DNA from: an uncultured delta proteobacterium
GTDB taxonomy: Bacteria > Desulfobacterota > Desulfomonilia > UBA1062
Direction of reading: 5' to 3'
DNA length: 64,000 nt
Assembly (NCBI GenBank): GCA_963798485.1
Contig: CAWCTR010000014.1
Span: forward strand, 384,001-448,000
Made by a program: the position numbers and the translations under genes. A model generated the notes under the pieces. That model was given only the letters and a program-made list of their open reading frames with translations, did not search any database and was not told the DNA's origin. Position 1 is the stretch's first letter, and each line of letters opens with the position of its first letter. Positions 39,918 to 50,170 of this stretch are shown here, piece by piece.

Positions 39918-41083
39918 AGATACTCCTCGTTCATAACGAATATAAGATCAGAGGCGGTGAGGATGAGGTCCTGGCTCAGGAATATGCTTTGCTAACCGAA
40001 CATGGTCATACAGTGAATGTCCTTTCTGAATCCAATGAATCCATAAACGGATGGAAAAGGATAAAAGTTGCTCTACAAACCCCATATTCCATAGGTGCAC
40101 GGAAAAGGATTGCCTCCACGATAAAGCATTTCAGCCCTGATATCATACATGTACATAATTTCTTTCCGCTGCTGACGCCATCGATCTATGATGCATGTAT
40201 TCATGCAGCTATCCCTGTTGTCCAGACCCTCCATAATTATCGCATGATGTGTCCGGGTGCACTGCTGATGTGTGACGGCATGATTTGTGAGCAATGCCTG
40301 ACCTCTTCACCGTATCATTCAATACTCAAAAGGTGTTACCGGGATTCACTCATGGGCACCTTGATGGCGGCATCCATGGTGGATCTGCATCGCAGATTGG
40401 GTACATGGCACAAAAAGGTGGATCGCTTCATTGCCCTTACCGAGTTCTCAAAAAATAAGTTCGTTGAGGGGGGCTTCCCATCACAGAGAATCGAGGTGAA
40501 ACCCAACTTCGTTAAGTCCCCCCAAAAACCTTCAGCCATGAAATGTACGGAAAAGAAAGATACAAATCTACGGGCACTCTTCATAGGAAGGATCAGTCAG
40601 GAAAAAGGGATAACCACATTATTATGGTCATGGCAGAACCAGGATATGCATTTACGTATTGCCGGAGACGGTCCGCTCCTGGAGCAGATCGAACAAGGGA
40701 AATCAGGCTTTGTCAAGGCACTCGGTCGCCTCTCACGGCCTGAGATTGAACAGGAATTGACGCAGGCGGATTTATTGATCATGCCGTCCGAATGTTATGA
40801 GAACTTTCCTTTGGCATTGGCTGAAGCCTATTCCTACGGAGTGCCTGTCGTCGCTTCAAACCTCGGAGCAATGGCTGAGATCGTCGAGGATGGTCTGACC
40901 GGGTTGCTCTTCGAGCCTGGTAACGCTGCAGATCTGAGGGCAAAGGTGGACTGGATGAAAGCACATCCCATCGAGCGCAACCGTATGGGTACTAATGCAC
41001 GAAGGGTTTTTGAAGAGAAGTACACGCCCGAGAGAAACTATGAAAAACTGATATCTATTTATCAGGATGTATTGAAGGGATAA
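39914..41083 (+). CDS. Glycosyltransferase family 4
   Basis: MKILLVHNEY-GGED, HVHNFFPLLTPS, TLHNYR, FIGRISQEKG, ENFPLALAEA. Confidence 0.88.
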   Translation: MKILLVHNEYKIRGGEDEVLAQEYALLTEHGHTVNVLSESNESINGWKRIKVALQTPYSIGARKRIASTIKHFSPDIIHVHNFFPLLTPSIYDACIHAAIPVVQTLHNYRMMCPGALLMCDGMICEQCLTSSPYHSILKRCYRDSLMGTLMAASMVDLHRRLGTWHKKVDRFIALTEFSKNKFVEGGFPSQRIEVKPNFVKSPQKPSAMKCTEKKDTNLRALFIGRISQEKGITTLLWSWQNQDMHLRIAGDGPLLEQIEQGKSGFVKALGRLSRPEIEQELTQADLLIMPSECYENFPLALAEAYSYGVPVVASNLGAMAEIVEDGLTGLLFEPGNAADLRAKVDWMKAHPIERNRMGTNARRVFEEKYTPERNYEKLISIYQDVLKG

Positions 41084-41088
41084 TTAAA

Positions 41089-41874
41089 CTGGAACATCCT
41101 AAGGTAAATATCTGCGGGATCAGGCATTCTTGTGTTGATTACGATGCCGCCATATCAACCTTTGGTGAATGGATTGCAGCGAGAGACAAACCCCATCAGG
41201 TGTGCATCTCAAATGTCCATACGACGGTGATGTGCCGGTCGGATAAGGAATTAGTCGAGATTGCCAATAAGGCGGACATGGTAACTATGGACGGCCAACC
41301 TCTCCGCTGGTATGCCAATCATGTCCGTGGGGCAAAGTTGAAAGACAGGGTATGTGGCCCGGATCTCATGATGCGATGTATTGAGACTGGGCTTGACAAG
41401 GGTTGGAGGCATTTCTTCTTCGGTGGCAAAATCGACGTGCTCTTGAATCTATGTGAAATGTTCAAGAGGAGATATCCTGAACTTAAAATTGTAGGCAGCT
41501 ACTCACCACCTTTCAGACCCTTAACAGAAAAAGATAATCAAGAGATTGCCTCAATGATCAATACATCCAAAGCGGATATTCTCTGGGTTGGACTTGGAGC
41601 ACCCAAACAGGAGAAATGGATTGCACATAATCTTGCCAGGATTCACGCACCGGTTCAGATCGGGGTTGGAGCGGCCTTCGATTTTCACACCGGCAACATA
41701 AAACGTGCACCTCTGTTTTTTCAAAGATCAGGTCTGGAATGGGCTTACCGGATCATTCAGGATCCGAGATTGCTTTTCAGATATCTCAAGACCAATCCTG
41801 TCTTTTTATATATGTTTTTCAGAGACTATCTCAATGCAAAGGTAATAAGAATTCCTACCAAGAATATATCTTAA
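41089..41874 (+). CDS. WecB/TagA/CpsF family glycosyltransferase (probable CTG start)
   Basis: DGQPL, RVCGPDLM, YSPPFRPL, VGLGAPKQEKW, GAAFDFH, GLEWAYR. Frame continues upstream of GTG 41200 through KVNICGI to CTG 41089 behind GAAGGGA. Confidence 0.85.
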   Translation: MEHPKVNICGIRHSCVDYDAAISTFGEWIAARDKPHQVCISNVHTTVMCRSDKELVEIANKADMVTMDGQPLRWYANHVRGAKLKDRVCGPDLMMRCIETGLDKGWRHFFFGGKIDVLLNLCEMFKRRYPELKIVGSYSPPFRPLTEKDNQEIASMINTSKADILWVGLGAPKQEKWIAHNLARIHAPVQIGVGAAFDFHTGNIKRAPLFFQRSGLEWAYRIIQDPRLLFRYLKTNPVFLYMFFRDYLNAKVIRIPTKNIS

Positions 41875-41921
41875 CTAACTAACCGTATTTATTACATAAT
41901 CATCAGGATCATGAGCATACT

Positions 41922-42803
41922 TTGACTGCCTCCTCAAAACTCAGATTGTTACTCTTCTTCTTTGCCATAGGCATGGCGGGATGCCTTACGAATGGGGAGG
42001 TGTCCCTTTCTCCACGGTCATCCTTCAGTGTCATGACCTTCAATGCTGGAGACTTTGACAGATGCCCCCAGGCAGCGCAGATAGCACAAGTAGTAAAAAC
42101 AGCCGGGGTTCCCGATATTATCCTGTTTCAGGAGCTCCAAGAAGGGCTCCAAACCAGCGAGCTCTTAGCCAGGTTGAAATACCCATATCATGCAGCTATT
42201 CCCTACAGATATATCAAGGGTGACAGCATTGCCATATTCTCTCGATATCCCATTGAACAAACAGACAAGCTCTATTTTCGAAACAGCAGAGACAGGTCGG
42301 CCGCTTTATGCGGTGTTGTAAGGCCGAATGGCACTCCTGTGCTTATCTGCTCGGTTCATCTGGACGAGATTCAATCCAAGCACAGGCAGAAAAATGGTTA
42401 TGTTAACCAGTCATTTTCTCAATCCTGTGATCAGATAAAAACCGAGACCTTTGGCAAAACCTCTCGCTGTCTGGGAGTGAACGAGCTCATTCCATGGCTG
42501 AAAAACAAGGGCTATAAGAATGTCGTCGTGGGAGGAGACTTCAACACCATCCCCTTTTCGACGGCCATAAGGGAAATGTCCAACGAATATGAGGACTCTC
42601 TCTGGCCATCATGGGATTACTTCTCAGGGACTTACTTCAAAATAATAAGCCCTATCCTGCCTCGGATAGATTATATATTTCACACATCCAAACTGAAAGC
42701 TACCGCTTCCAAGATAATCAAGCAGAGCTCAGGAGATCACTATCCCGTTTTTGCAACTTTTAATATTGAAGTTGTAAACCAACACATGGGGAAAAATACA
42801 TGA
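41922..42803 (+). CDS. Endonuclease/exonuclease/phosphatase family (lipo)protein
   Basis: GMAGC lipobox-like; VMTFNA, DIILFQE, SVHLD, GGDFN, RIDYIF, GDHYPV. Confidence 0.82.
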   Translation: MTASSKLRLLLFFFAIGMAGCLTNGEVSLSPRSSFSVMTFNAGDFDRCPQAAQIAQVVKTAGVPDIILFQELQEGLQTSELLARLKYPYHAAIPYRYIKGDSIAIFSRYPIEQTDKLYFRNSRDRSAALCGVVRPNGTPVLICSVHLDEIQSKHRQKNGYVNQSFSQSCDQIKTETFGKTSRCLGVNELIPWLKNKGYKNVVVGGDFNTIPFSTAIREMSNEYEDSLWPSWDYFSGTYFKIISPILPRIDYIFHTSKLKATASKIIKQSSGDHYPVFATFNIEVVNQHMGKNT

Positions 42804-44320
42804 ACAAGGAACTTCTAAAAAAAATATTGTTCACCATAGCACCCCTGATTTGCCTACTTATCGGATTCTGGACCGTCATGCAGAAACTGTTCATACGCTG
42901 GAACAACGCCGACGACAGCTATTGCTACTTTATCATTCCACTCTTTCTCTACCTCTTGTGGGAAAAGAGAGGAACCTTCCATTTTCAGGAATTCTCATGG
43001 ACGCCGCAGGCGGTGCTTTCGGGATTCTTTTCTGTTGCATTGATTATCATGGGCGAGATGGGTTCTCTTGAAACACTCATGTATATAGGCCTCTGGGGTT
43101 GTATTTTCAGTATTATTTTCTTGTTATACGGCCAAAGGATAAGGTCATTGGCCTTCCCTATTATTATTCTGTTTTTCATGGTGCCGCTTCCGCCATTCAT
43201 CAATGGCACCCTCACTTTTTATCTGAAGATGATTGCCAGCAGATTGTCTGTCGACATGTTGAGTTTGACAGGAGCCAGTGTCATTCAGGAAGGAAATGTC
43301 ATTGACCTGGGCATACGCCAGCTCGAGGTGGCGGATGCCTGCAGCGGTCTGCGCTACTTCATGCCCATGATACTCATGGGGCTTCTCATGGCCCATTACT
43401 TCACAAGGGGCCTCTGGCGGAAAATGCTTGTGCTCCTTTTAATAATCCCCCTGTCCATTCTCATCAACGTCATCCGGATTTTTTCTGCAGGTTTATGTGT
43501 GGTTAATGGCCGGCCGGACCTCGTGGAAAACATGTTTCATGATTTTACAGGGTGGCTGGCATTCATTATCGCCGGGATAATTCTCTATGCAATCACCTTG
43601 ATACTGAAGCATGTGGGCAGATATCCATCATTGAAGAACCATGTTAATAAAGAGTTATCCCTCATGATTCAGTCCGGGACGAGTTCTCCCGTATCAATTC
43701 TCATCTTGTGTACCGTTTTTCTCCTGGGAGGACTGGGTTTGATACAGATGTCATCAGTAAGCCATGTCCCTCACCGGACTCCCTTTTCGGATTTTCCTAT
43801 GAAAATAGACCAGTGGAATGGCACCAGGTCTTATTTTTCAGAAGAAATCATGCAATCGCTTTGGGCGGATGACTATGTAAGTGCAACCTTCCAAAAACCC
43901 GGCTCTGTGAATGTCATCCGGCTTTTAATACCCTTTTATGCATATCAGGGGACACGGCATACTGCTCATGCGCCTCAATCATGCCTTCTCGGCGGAGGAT
44001 GGACAATGCTGTCTTCAAATGATTCCCCCATAAAATTCCCCGGGAAAATGATTACGGTTAAGCTCATGTTGCTGGAAAAAGACAACCAGAAACTGATCGG
44101 GACCTACTTCTTCCTTGAAAGAGGCCGAGTCCTTACAAGCCCATGGATGAACAAGTTGTATCTTATAAAAGACTCCATATTGAAAAGTCGCACCGATGGC
44201 GCTCTGGTGCGGGTTGAATTGCTGATGGGGGAAAATGTTTCAGTTGAAAATGCCCAGGAAGAGTTAAAGTCTTTTATTGTACGGCTCCGGCCTCTTCTCT
44301 CGGCATATGTTCCGAATTAG
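42800..44320 (+). CDS. xrtD: Exosortase fused to EpsI domain (XrtD-like, VPLPA-CTERM specific)
   Basis: FMVPLP, LEVADACSGLRY (catalytic Cys), NVIRI (Arg), FHDFTGW (His); C-terminal EpsI-like LWADDY, HAPQSCLLGGGW, RTDGALVRV. Confidence 0.8.
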   Translation: MNKELLKKILFTIAPLICLLIGFWTVMQKLFIRWNNADDSYCYFIIPLFLYLLWEKRGTFHFQEFSWTPQAVLSGFFSVALIIMGEMGSLETLMYIGLWGCIFSIIFLLYGQRIRSLAFPIIILFFMVPLPPFINGTLTFYLKMIASRLSVDMLSLTGASVIQEGNVIDLGIRQLEVADACSGLRYFMPMILMGLLMAHYFTRGLWRKMLVLLLIIPLSILINVIRIFSAGLCVVNGRPDLVENMFHDFTGWLAFIIAGIILYAITLILKHVGRYPSLKNHVNKELSLMIQSGTSSPVSILILCTVFLLGGLGLIQMSSVSHVPHRTPFSDFPMKIDQWNGTRSYFSEEIMQSLWADDYVSATFQKPGSVNVIRLLIPFYAYQGTRHTAHAPQSCLLGGGWTMLSSNDSPIKFPGKMITVKLMLLEKDNQKLIGTYFFLERGRVLTSPWMNKLYLIKDSILKSRTDGALVRVELLMGENVSVENAQEELKSFIVRLRPLLSAYVPN

Positions 44321-44349
44321 AATCTCACCTTCATGAGAGAGGTATCATT

Positions 44350-45753
44350 ATGTACTATCAGCAAGTAAGCCTTATCAATACATTCCGCATGCTGTTCGAT
44401 GCAATGAGCGTCATAGCAGCAGGCTATTGTGCCTACTTAATCATTCTTTATTTTTATCCATGGCTTCAAACACCCGATGGACCCGAGTTTATCGCTCCGG
44501 TTCTCGCTATCATGTTCATCAATAATTACGTCATGGGCCGTTTTACCTTATACAGCGACAAGAAACATGCCTCGTATCACCAGATGCTCTGGGCCATAAC
44601 AAAGACAGTCATCATCGATTTTGCGATCCTTGCAGCCGGGATGCTTCTTTTAAAACAGCTCTATAGCGCAAGGTTATTTTATGGATACTTCCTGATTATT
44701 TCTCTGATAATTCTCGTTATAGAAAGGAGTATCCTGAGGTTATTATATGAAAACAATCGAACGAACCGCCCGAATCTCAGGGAGGTTCTCATAGTGGGCA
44801 ATATAGAGCGCGGGAAGCTGGTGTCAAATGCACTTCAGAAGCAGCTCAGCTGGGGTCATGAGGTTCTCGGTAACCTGACGGATAAGAAGGAGGAGCTTTC
44901 GAACCCCGGCACTATAGGGTATATTGATGATCTGCAGGATATACTGCATACTCAAACCATTGATGAGGTTATTTTCGCACTTGGTCCAGACCGTTCTATC
45001 GAGCTGGATGGATATCTGAAAACCTGCAGGAGTATGGGCATCACCACAAGGATAATACCTGCACTCTGGATGCCCGGCAACAGAAGTATGCATGCTGAAA
45101 ATTACCAGGGTATTCCATTCCTGACCTTTCACGAAAACAACTTTGACGCTACCGGCCTTTTTTACAAGAGGATCCTTGATATTGCAGGCGGAATAGCCGG
45201 AACAATGATTTTCATCATCATATACCCGTTTGTTGCATTTGCGATAAAGAGGGACTCTCCCGGGCCGGTTCTCTTCAAACAGAAACGTGTAGGTCAGAAC
45301 GGGCGTGTATTCAACCTCTACAAATTCAGGTCCATGACCAGTGACGCTGATAAAATGAAATCCGAACTCTTAAAGGACAATGAGATGAAAGGGGCGATGT
45401 TCAAGATCACCAATGATCCGCGTATCACAAAAGTGGGTAACTGGCTGAGAAAAACATCCATTGATGAAGTACCCCAATTCCTCAACGTTCTGAAAGGCGA
45501 GATGAGTCTTGTAGGCACGAGGCCGCCTACTCCCGATGAAGTGGAACAATACAAGGACTGGCAATACCGGAGGATCTCTGCAAAACCCGGCATCACCGGA
45601 TTATGGCAGGTGTCCGGAAGGAACAAGATCACTGATTTTGATCAAATCGTTGAACTTGATTGTACGTATATATCAAGCTGGCGTTTTCTGGATGACATAA
45701 AGATAATCTTCAAAACCATATCCGCAGTAGTTCAAAGAAAAGGCGCACTATAG
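44350..45753 (+). CDS. Polyprenyl glycosylphosphotransferase (priming sugar transferase)
   Basis: KRILDI, SPGPVLFKQKRVG, YKFRSM, DPRITKVG, RKTSIDEVPQ, MSLVGTRP, KPGITGLWQVSGR. Confidence 0.92.
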   Translation: MYYQQVSLINTFRMLFDAMSVIAAGYCAYLIILYFYPWLQTPDGPEFIAPVLAIMFINNYVMGRFTLYSDKKHASYHQMLWAITKTVIIDFAILAAGMLLLKQLYSARLFYGYFLIISLIILVIERSILRLLYENNRTNRPNLREVLIVGNIERGKLVSNALQKQLSWGHEVLGNLTDKKEELSNPGTIGYIDDLQDILHTQTIDEVIFALGPDRSIELDGYLKTCRSMGITTRIIPALWMPGNRSMHAENYQGIPFLTFHENNFDATGLFYKRILDIAGGIAGTMIFIIIYPFVAFAIKRDSPGPVLFKQKRVGQNGRVFNLYKFRSMTSDADKMKSELLKDNEMKGAMFKITNDPRITKVGNWLRKTSIDEVPQFLNVLKGEMSLVGTRPPTPDEVEQYKDWQYRRISAKPGITGLWQVSGRNKITDFDQIVELDCTYISSWRFLDDIKIIFKTISAVVQRKGAL

Positions 45754-45813
45754 ATACTGCTTCGGACAACCTTACTAAGCCTTTGTATACCTATTGGAAA
45801 GGAAAATCAGGTC

Positions 45814-48219
45814 ATGAAAGAAAAATCTATTTATCTATTGGGTACTTTTATCATCATCCTTCTCTTTGCCGGCTGTTCCACGCCTGAAGAGAAAAAGATG
45901 GGCTACTATTCCAAGGCAAAGACACTCTATGCTCAGGATGAGCTTGTGAAGGCACAGATCGAGCTGAGAAATGCGATCCGGATCGACCCGAAATTCGCCG
46001 ATGCCTACTACCTCCTTGCCATGGTGGATCTCAAGTCGGGAAATGTCCGTGGTGCATACGGGGGTCTCATCAAGACTGTCGAGCTTGCACCCCGGAACAT
46101 CCCTGCACAGCTTCAGATCGGCCGACTTTTCCTTGCAGCAGGACTGAAAGACAAGGCCATGGAAAAGGCGGAAATCGCTCTTGGCATCGATGGTAAAAAC
46201 AAAGAGGCCATGCTTCTCAAGGCATCTGTCCTTCTTTCCCAGAAACAGACCGACAAGGCCGAGTCTATCCTGAATACGGTCTATGAAAAAGGCGACAGAG
46301 ACCCTGATATATACCTTCTGCTTGCATCATCCTTCTTTCAGAAAGGGAACAAGAAGGAAGCCGAAGGCATTCTTGTCAAGGGGGCGAGGAACCATCCTAA
46401 TACCGTTTCGCTCCTCTTGTTCCTGGAAAGCATCTATCGACAAGAAAACCGAATTTCCGAAGCAACAGCGATATTGAGGCGCATTATCATCATCGAACCG
46501 AAGAATACATCCTATAGACTCGATCTGGCGAACCTCTTGTGGGGTGCAAGCCAGAAAGAGCAGGGGATTAATCTTCTTGCCGATTTCATCAAATCCGAGC
46601 CTGGAAACGAAACCAACAGGATATCAGTCGCCCGGTTCTATTCAGGCAAGGGGATGATGGACAGGGGCGAAAATGTTCTGAAAGAGGGGCTCTTGGCCAA
46701 CAAGAACAGCTTTGAGCTCCATTATGCCCTGAGCGATCTCTATGCCGGAACCGGGCAATATGATAAGGCTCTCGAAATTCTTAACCAATGTCTGAGCATT
46801 AAGGACGATCCGACGAACCCGGATATCATCGAAACGAAAAGCTTTCTCGCAGACTTGTATCTCAAAAAGGGTGATATCGAAAAGGCCTCTCTTACTGCGG
46901 ATGAGGTCATACGTCTGTCGCCGAAAAGTGCAGAAGCCCATTTGGTCAAAGGAAAGATTTACCTGGTTAAGGGTGACGGAACCAATGCAGTGTCCGAAAT
47001 GAGGAGCGTTGTTTATTCGAATCCCGAGCTTATCGAAGGACACCTTCTGCTCGCTCAGGCTCATGTCGCAAGCGGCCAGATCGAGTTGGCAGTGGATGTG
47101 CTCCGGAATGCCATGAAGAAATTCCCTGATTCAAAGGAGGTTGCAAGGGCTCTTTCACAGGGTCTTTTCATCAGCAAGGAATACGGTGAGTCTGAAGATA
47201 TCCTCAAGAGGCTGGCATCAAATAATCCTGATGATCTGCTACCCAGCGTCGACCTTGGCGACTTCTATTTTGCACGAGGTAACTATGCGGAAGCGGAAAC
47301 CCAGTATGGAGAGATTATCCGGAGACAACCGGCGGCCGGACTCGGATACATGAAACTCGCAGGGTTTTATCAGCATCGGCGCAATCAGAATAAGGCGATA
47401 TCGGTACTTGAAGACGGATTGAAAAGAACAAACGGGGATCTTACCATCTTTTCTTCTCTAACCCAATTATACATAGCTTCCGGTAAGTCGGAAAAGGCTA
47501 AAGTGCTATGTGAGGAACTCATAAAGAAAGATTCTCAAACACCTGTAAGCTACCAGATACTTGGTCTGGTTTACACCTCGAATAAACAATACACAATGGC
47601 GGAAGGGTCTTTCCAGAAGGCAATATCCCTCGATCCCAAGTGGGATACCCCCCAGAAGAATCTCGCCCTCCTCTATCTCCTGGAGGGCAAGAAAACAGAT
47701 GCAATAAAGAAATATCAGTCTATGATAAAAGATGATCCGAAAAACCCTGCCCCCTACTTGAGCCTAGGCCAGATCTATGAGCTCATGGGCGACTTCCATA
47801 ATGCCATTGCAGTGTATACGACCGCTATCACCCAGACGCCAGGCTCATGGCTTGTTGTAAACAACCTCGCTTCCCTCCTCAACGAACACGGCAGCTCAAA
47901 GGACGACCTGGACAAGTCTCTTTCCCTGGCCGTCAAGGCAACCGCCATGGCGCCGGAAGAGCCGGCAACACTCGATACGCTTGGCTGGGTGTATTACAAA
48001 ATGGGCCAATACGACAAGGCTCGGGTTCAGATAGAAAAGGCATGGAAGAAGAATCCGGATAACCCCGAGAGCACCTATCATCTTGGAATGGTCCTGTTCA
48101 AGACAGGACAGAAGAATGAGGCAAAGACAAGGTTGGAGGCAGCCCTCAAGCAGGGCAAGGACTTCCCCGGGAAACAGGAAGCCAAGAAGCTTCTCAACGA
48201 GATCACCGGCAATGCATGA
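45814..48219 (+). CDS. TPR-repeat lipoprotein (PrsT-like, exosortase-system associated)
   Basis: Lipobox LFAGC; many TPRs; AQIELRNAIRIDP, NNLA, LDTLGWVYY. Confidence 0.82.
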   Translation: MKEKSIYLLGTFIIILLFAGCSTPEEKKMGYYSKAKTLYAQDELVKAQIELRNAIRIDPKFADAYYLLAMVDLKSGNVRGAYGGLIKTVELAPRNIPAQLQIGRLFLAAGLKDKAMEKAEIALGIDGKNKEAMLLKASVLLSQKQTDKAESILNTVYEKGDRDPDIYLLLASSFFQKGNKKEAEGILVKGARNHPNTVSLLLFLESIYRQENRISEATAILRRIIIIEPKNTSYRLDLANLLWGASQKEQGINLLADFIKSEPGNETNRISVARFYSGKGMMDRGENVLKEGLLANKNSFELHYALSDLYAGTGQYDKALEILNQCLSIKDDPTNPDIIETKSFLADLYLKKGDIEKASLTADEVIRLSPKSAEAHLVKGKIYLVKGDGTNAVSEMRSVVYSNPELIEGHLLLAQAHVASGQIELAVDVLRNAMKKFPDSKEVARALSQGLFISKEYGESEDILKRLASNNPDDLLPSVDLGDFYFARGNYAEAETQYGEIIRRQPAAGLGYMKLAGFYQHRRNQNKAISVLEDGLKRTNGDLTIFSSLTQLYIASGKSEKAKVLCEELIKKDSQTPVSYQILGLVYTSNKQYTMAEGSFQKAISLDPKWDTPQKNLALLYLLEGKKTDAIKKYQSMIKDDPKNPAPYLSLGQIYELMGDFHNAIAVYTTAITQTPGSWLVVNNLASLLNEHGSSKDDLDKSLSLAVKATAMAPEEPATLDTLGWVYYKMGQYDKARVQIEKAWKKNPDNPESTYHLGMVLFKTGQKNEAKTRLEAALKQGKDFPGKQEAKKLLNEITGNA

Positions 48220-48286
48220 TGTGGTAGCGATGTGGAAGCAATGGAAATCGAATGCCCGAACAAATCAAACTCATAGGGAATATGAC

Positions 48287-48865
48287 ATGAAACAGATACT
48301 ACACACCATGGTGCTTTTCGTCATCATCAGCCTGATAAGCACGGCGGCATGGACTCAGGATGAATCATCGAATCGTCCAGGGGAAGAATACAAAATAGGC
48401 AACGGCGATGTATTGTTTATTTCAGTCTGGAAAACCGAGGACCTCACCAGGGAGGCCATCGTGCTCCCGGATGGGACGATATCATTTCCGCTTACAGGGA
48501 AAATTGAAGCGGCGGACAAGACAGTGGACGAGCTCAAGCAGGAATTGGAGACGAAGCTGAAACCGTTCATTAATGATCCTGTTATCGCTGTGGCTGTCAA
48601 GGCAGTCAACAGCCTTAACATCTATGTTATAGGCCGTGTGAACATACCCGGGCGCTTCACTCTTTATACAAACGTGGATGTCCTCCAGGGCCTCTCCATG
48701 GCCGGCGGGCCGAATTCCTATGCAGACAGAAAAAACATCAGGATCTTCAGAAAAGACAATGGACAAACAATATGCATCAAATTTAATTATAAGGAGGTAA
48801 CAGAAGGGATCCATCTTGAACAGAACATCATGCTGAAAAGGGGCGATGTGATCGTTGTCCCTTGA
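48287..48865 (+). CDS. Polysaccharide biosynthesis/export protein (Wza-like)
   Basis: YKIGNGDVLFISVW, VLPDGTISFPL, IYVIGRV, LKRGDVIVVP; start revised to ATG 48287. Confidence 0.88.
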   Translation: MKQILHTMVLFVIISLISTAAWTQDESSNRPGEEYKIGNGDVLFISVWKTEDLTREAIVLPDGTISFPLTGKIEAADKTVDELKQELETKLKPFINDPVIAVAVKAVNSLNIYVIGRVNIPGRFTLYTNVDVLQGLSMAGGPNSYADRKNIRIFRKDNGQTICIKFNYKEVTEGIHLEQNIMLKRGDVIVVP

Positions 48866-48893
48866 GCTTTTCAAGGACATATAGTCTTCAGCC

Positions 48894-50093
48894 GTGCAAT
48901 ATTCCAAGCTCACTCTTCTCATGTATGTGCTCGCACTTACCATGATTATACCCCTGCATGATACATTCGGGTATGACCTCACTTACACTCCCCAGATAAG
49001 CCTTGATGTCAATTACCATGACAACATCTTCTTTACCGCTGAGAAGCCGACAAGCGACACCCTCAGTATTGTCAGTGGCGGCACGTCTCTCAATCTATCG
49101 AGTGAAAGAGATGATTTCTCATTCAACGGTATTGTAAAAAATACATCATATCTTAGAAATCATGAGCTCGATGATACTGATTTCTTCATTACGGCAAAAG
49201 CGTCGCATATGATATCTGAAAGAACCGGTATCGAGTCGGACATCGGCTTAAAAAAGGACTCCAGCCCAGACCGCGATCTGGAGAGCACGGGGTTGGCCCT
49301 CGGTACATCCGTCCGCAACACTTTAAACTACTCCTTTAAAGAAACGTATTCGCTGTCCGAGCTTATGAATACCGATATCACCTACGGCTTCGAAAGCCAA
49401 AAGTTCGACTCGAATCAGTTCACCGATTCTACCTCACAAAATGGTGACCTGGGGTACACCATTGATGCCGGCTCCATGCTCCCGGATACTTCGTTTCGTT
49501 TGGATCTCTTGTATGAACGCGATAAGTACCTGGATTCTCTTTTGGAGAAAGCTGAGAATTATGAATGGCGGGCCGGTGCCTCTCATCAAATGACGGAGCT
49601 GCTCAATTTTTCTTTCTACCTGGGTACAAGGCAAACCACTTCAACGTATTTGGTTCCCACATGGTTCGAGGTATTTGAAGAGCAGAGCCATTCACGGGGA
49701 ATGATCGGCCAGGCCGCTCTCGTGTACAAGACTGAATACACCGATTCAACCGTAAGCCTATCCCGCAACATAGACAGTGTGAGCGGTGAATCGCGACTTT
49801 CGGAAAGAACCATGGCCACTATTGATTCTTCGCTATCCATAAGCAGGACTGTCCAGACCACGTTCTCGGCTCAATACATCATGAACAAGGAGAATGAGGA
49901 CAACGTGTCACAAGAGAACATCCGCCAACGGACAGTGAATTTTTCACCTGGTCTAAAAATAGAGCTCTCGGATGATTTTTTTCTCTCTCTTTCCCATGTG
50001 TACACTCAGCTCAGGGACCGGAACAATGATGCCATAACCAGAAGGAATCTCTCAACCCTGCGTATTGAATACCGGCATTCTTTTTTCAACTAA
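48894..50093 (+). CDS. Outer-membrane beta-barrel protein of EPS export
   Basis: Signal peptide, YHDNIFF, alternating beta strands, aromatic C-terminus; sits between wza and the co-polymerase. Confidence 0.68.
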   Translation: MQYSKLTLLMYVLALTMIIPLHDTFGYDLTYTPQISLDVNYHDNIFFTAEKPTSDTLSIVSGGTSLNLSSERDDFSFNGIVKNTSYLRNHELDDTDFFITAKASHMISERTGIESDIGLKKDSSPDRDLESTGLALGTSVRNTLNYSFKETYSLSELMNTDITYGFESQKFDSNQFTDSTSQNGDLGYTIDAGSMLPDTSFRLDLLYERDKYLDSLLEKAENYEWRAGASHQMTELLNFSFYLGTRQTTSTYLVPTWFEVFEEQSHSRGMIGQAALVYKTEYTDSTVSLSRNIDSVSGESRLSERTMATIDSSLSISRTVQTTFSAQYIMNKENEDNVSQENIRQRTVNFSPGLKIELSDDFFLSLSHVYTQLRDRNNDAITRRNLSTLRIEYRHSFFN

Positions 50094-50170
50094 CGATCCA
50101 TCTTTACAATGAAAATCGCGGATGGTGGAAATGATGCACTATTTTACTGAAAACAACTTGGAGAATATCT

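Noticed and set aside
48083-48286. Long N-terminal extensions in the ORF track (48083, 51622, 53103, 63567, 27608)
   Set aside because: Downstream ATGs with an RBS, signal peptide or family N-terminus fit better, and most of the extensions overlap neighbouring genes.
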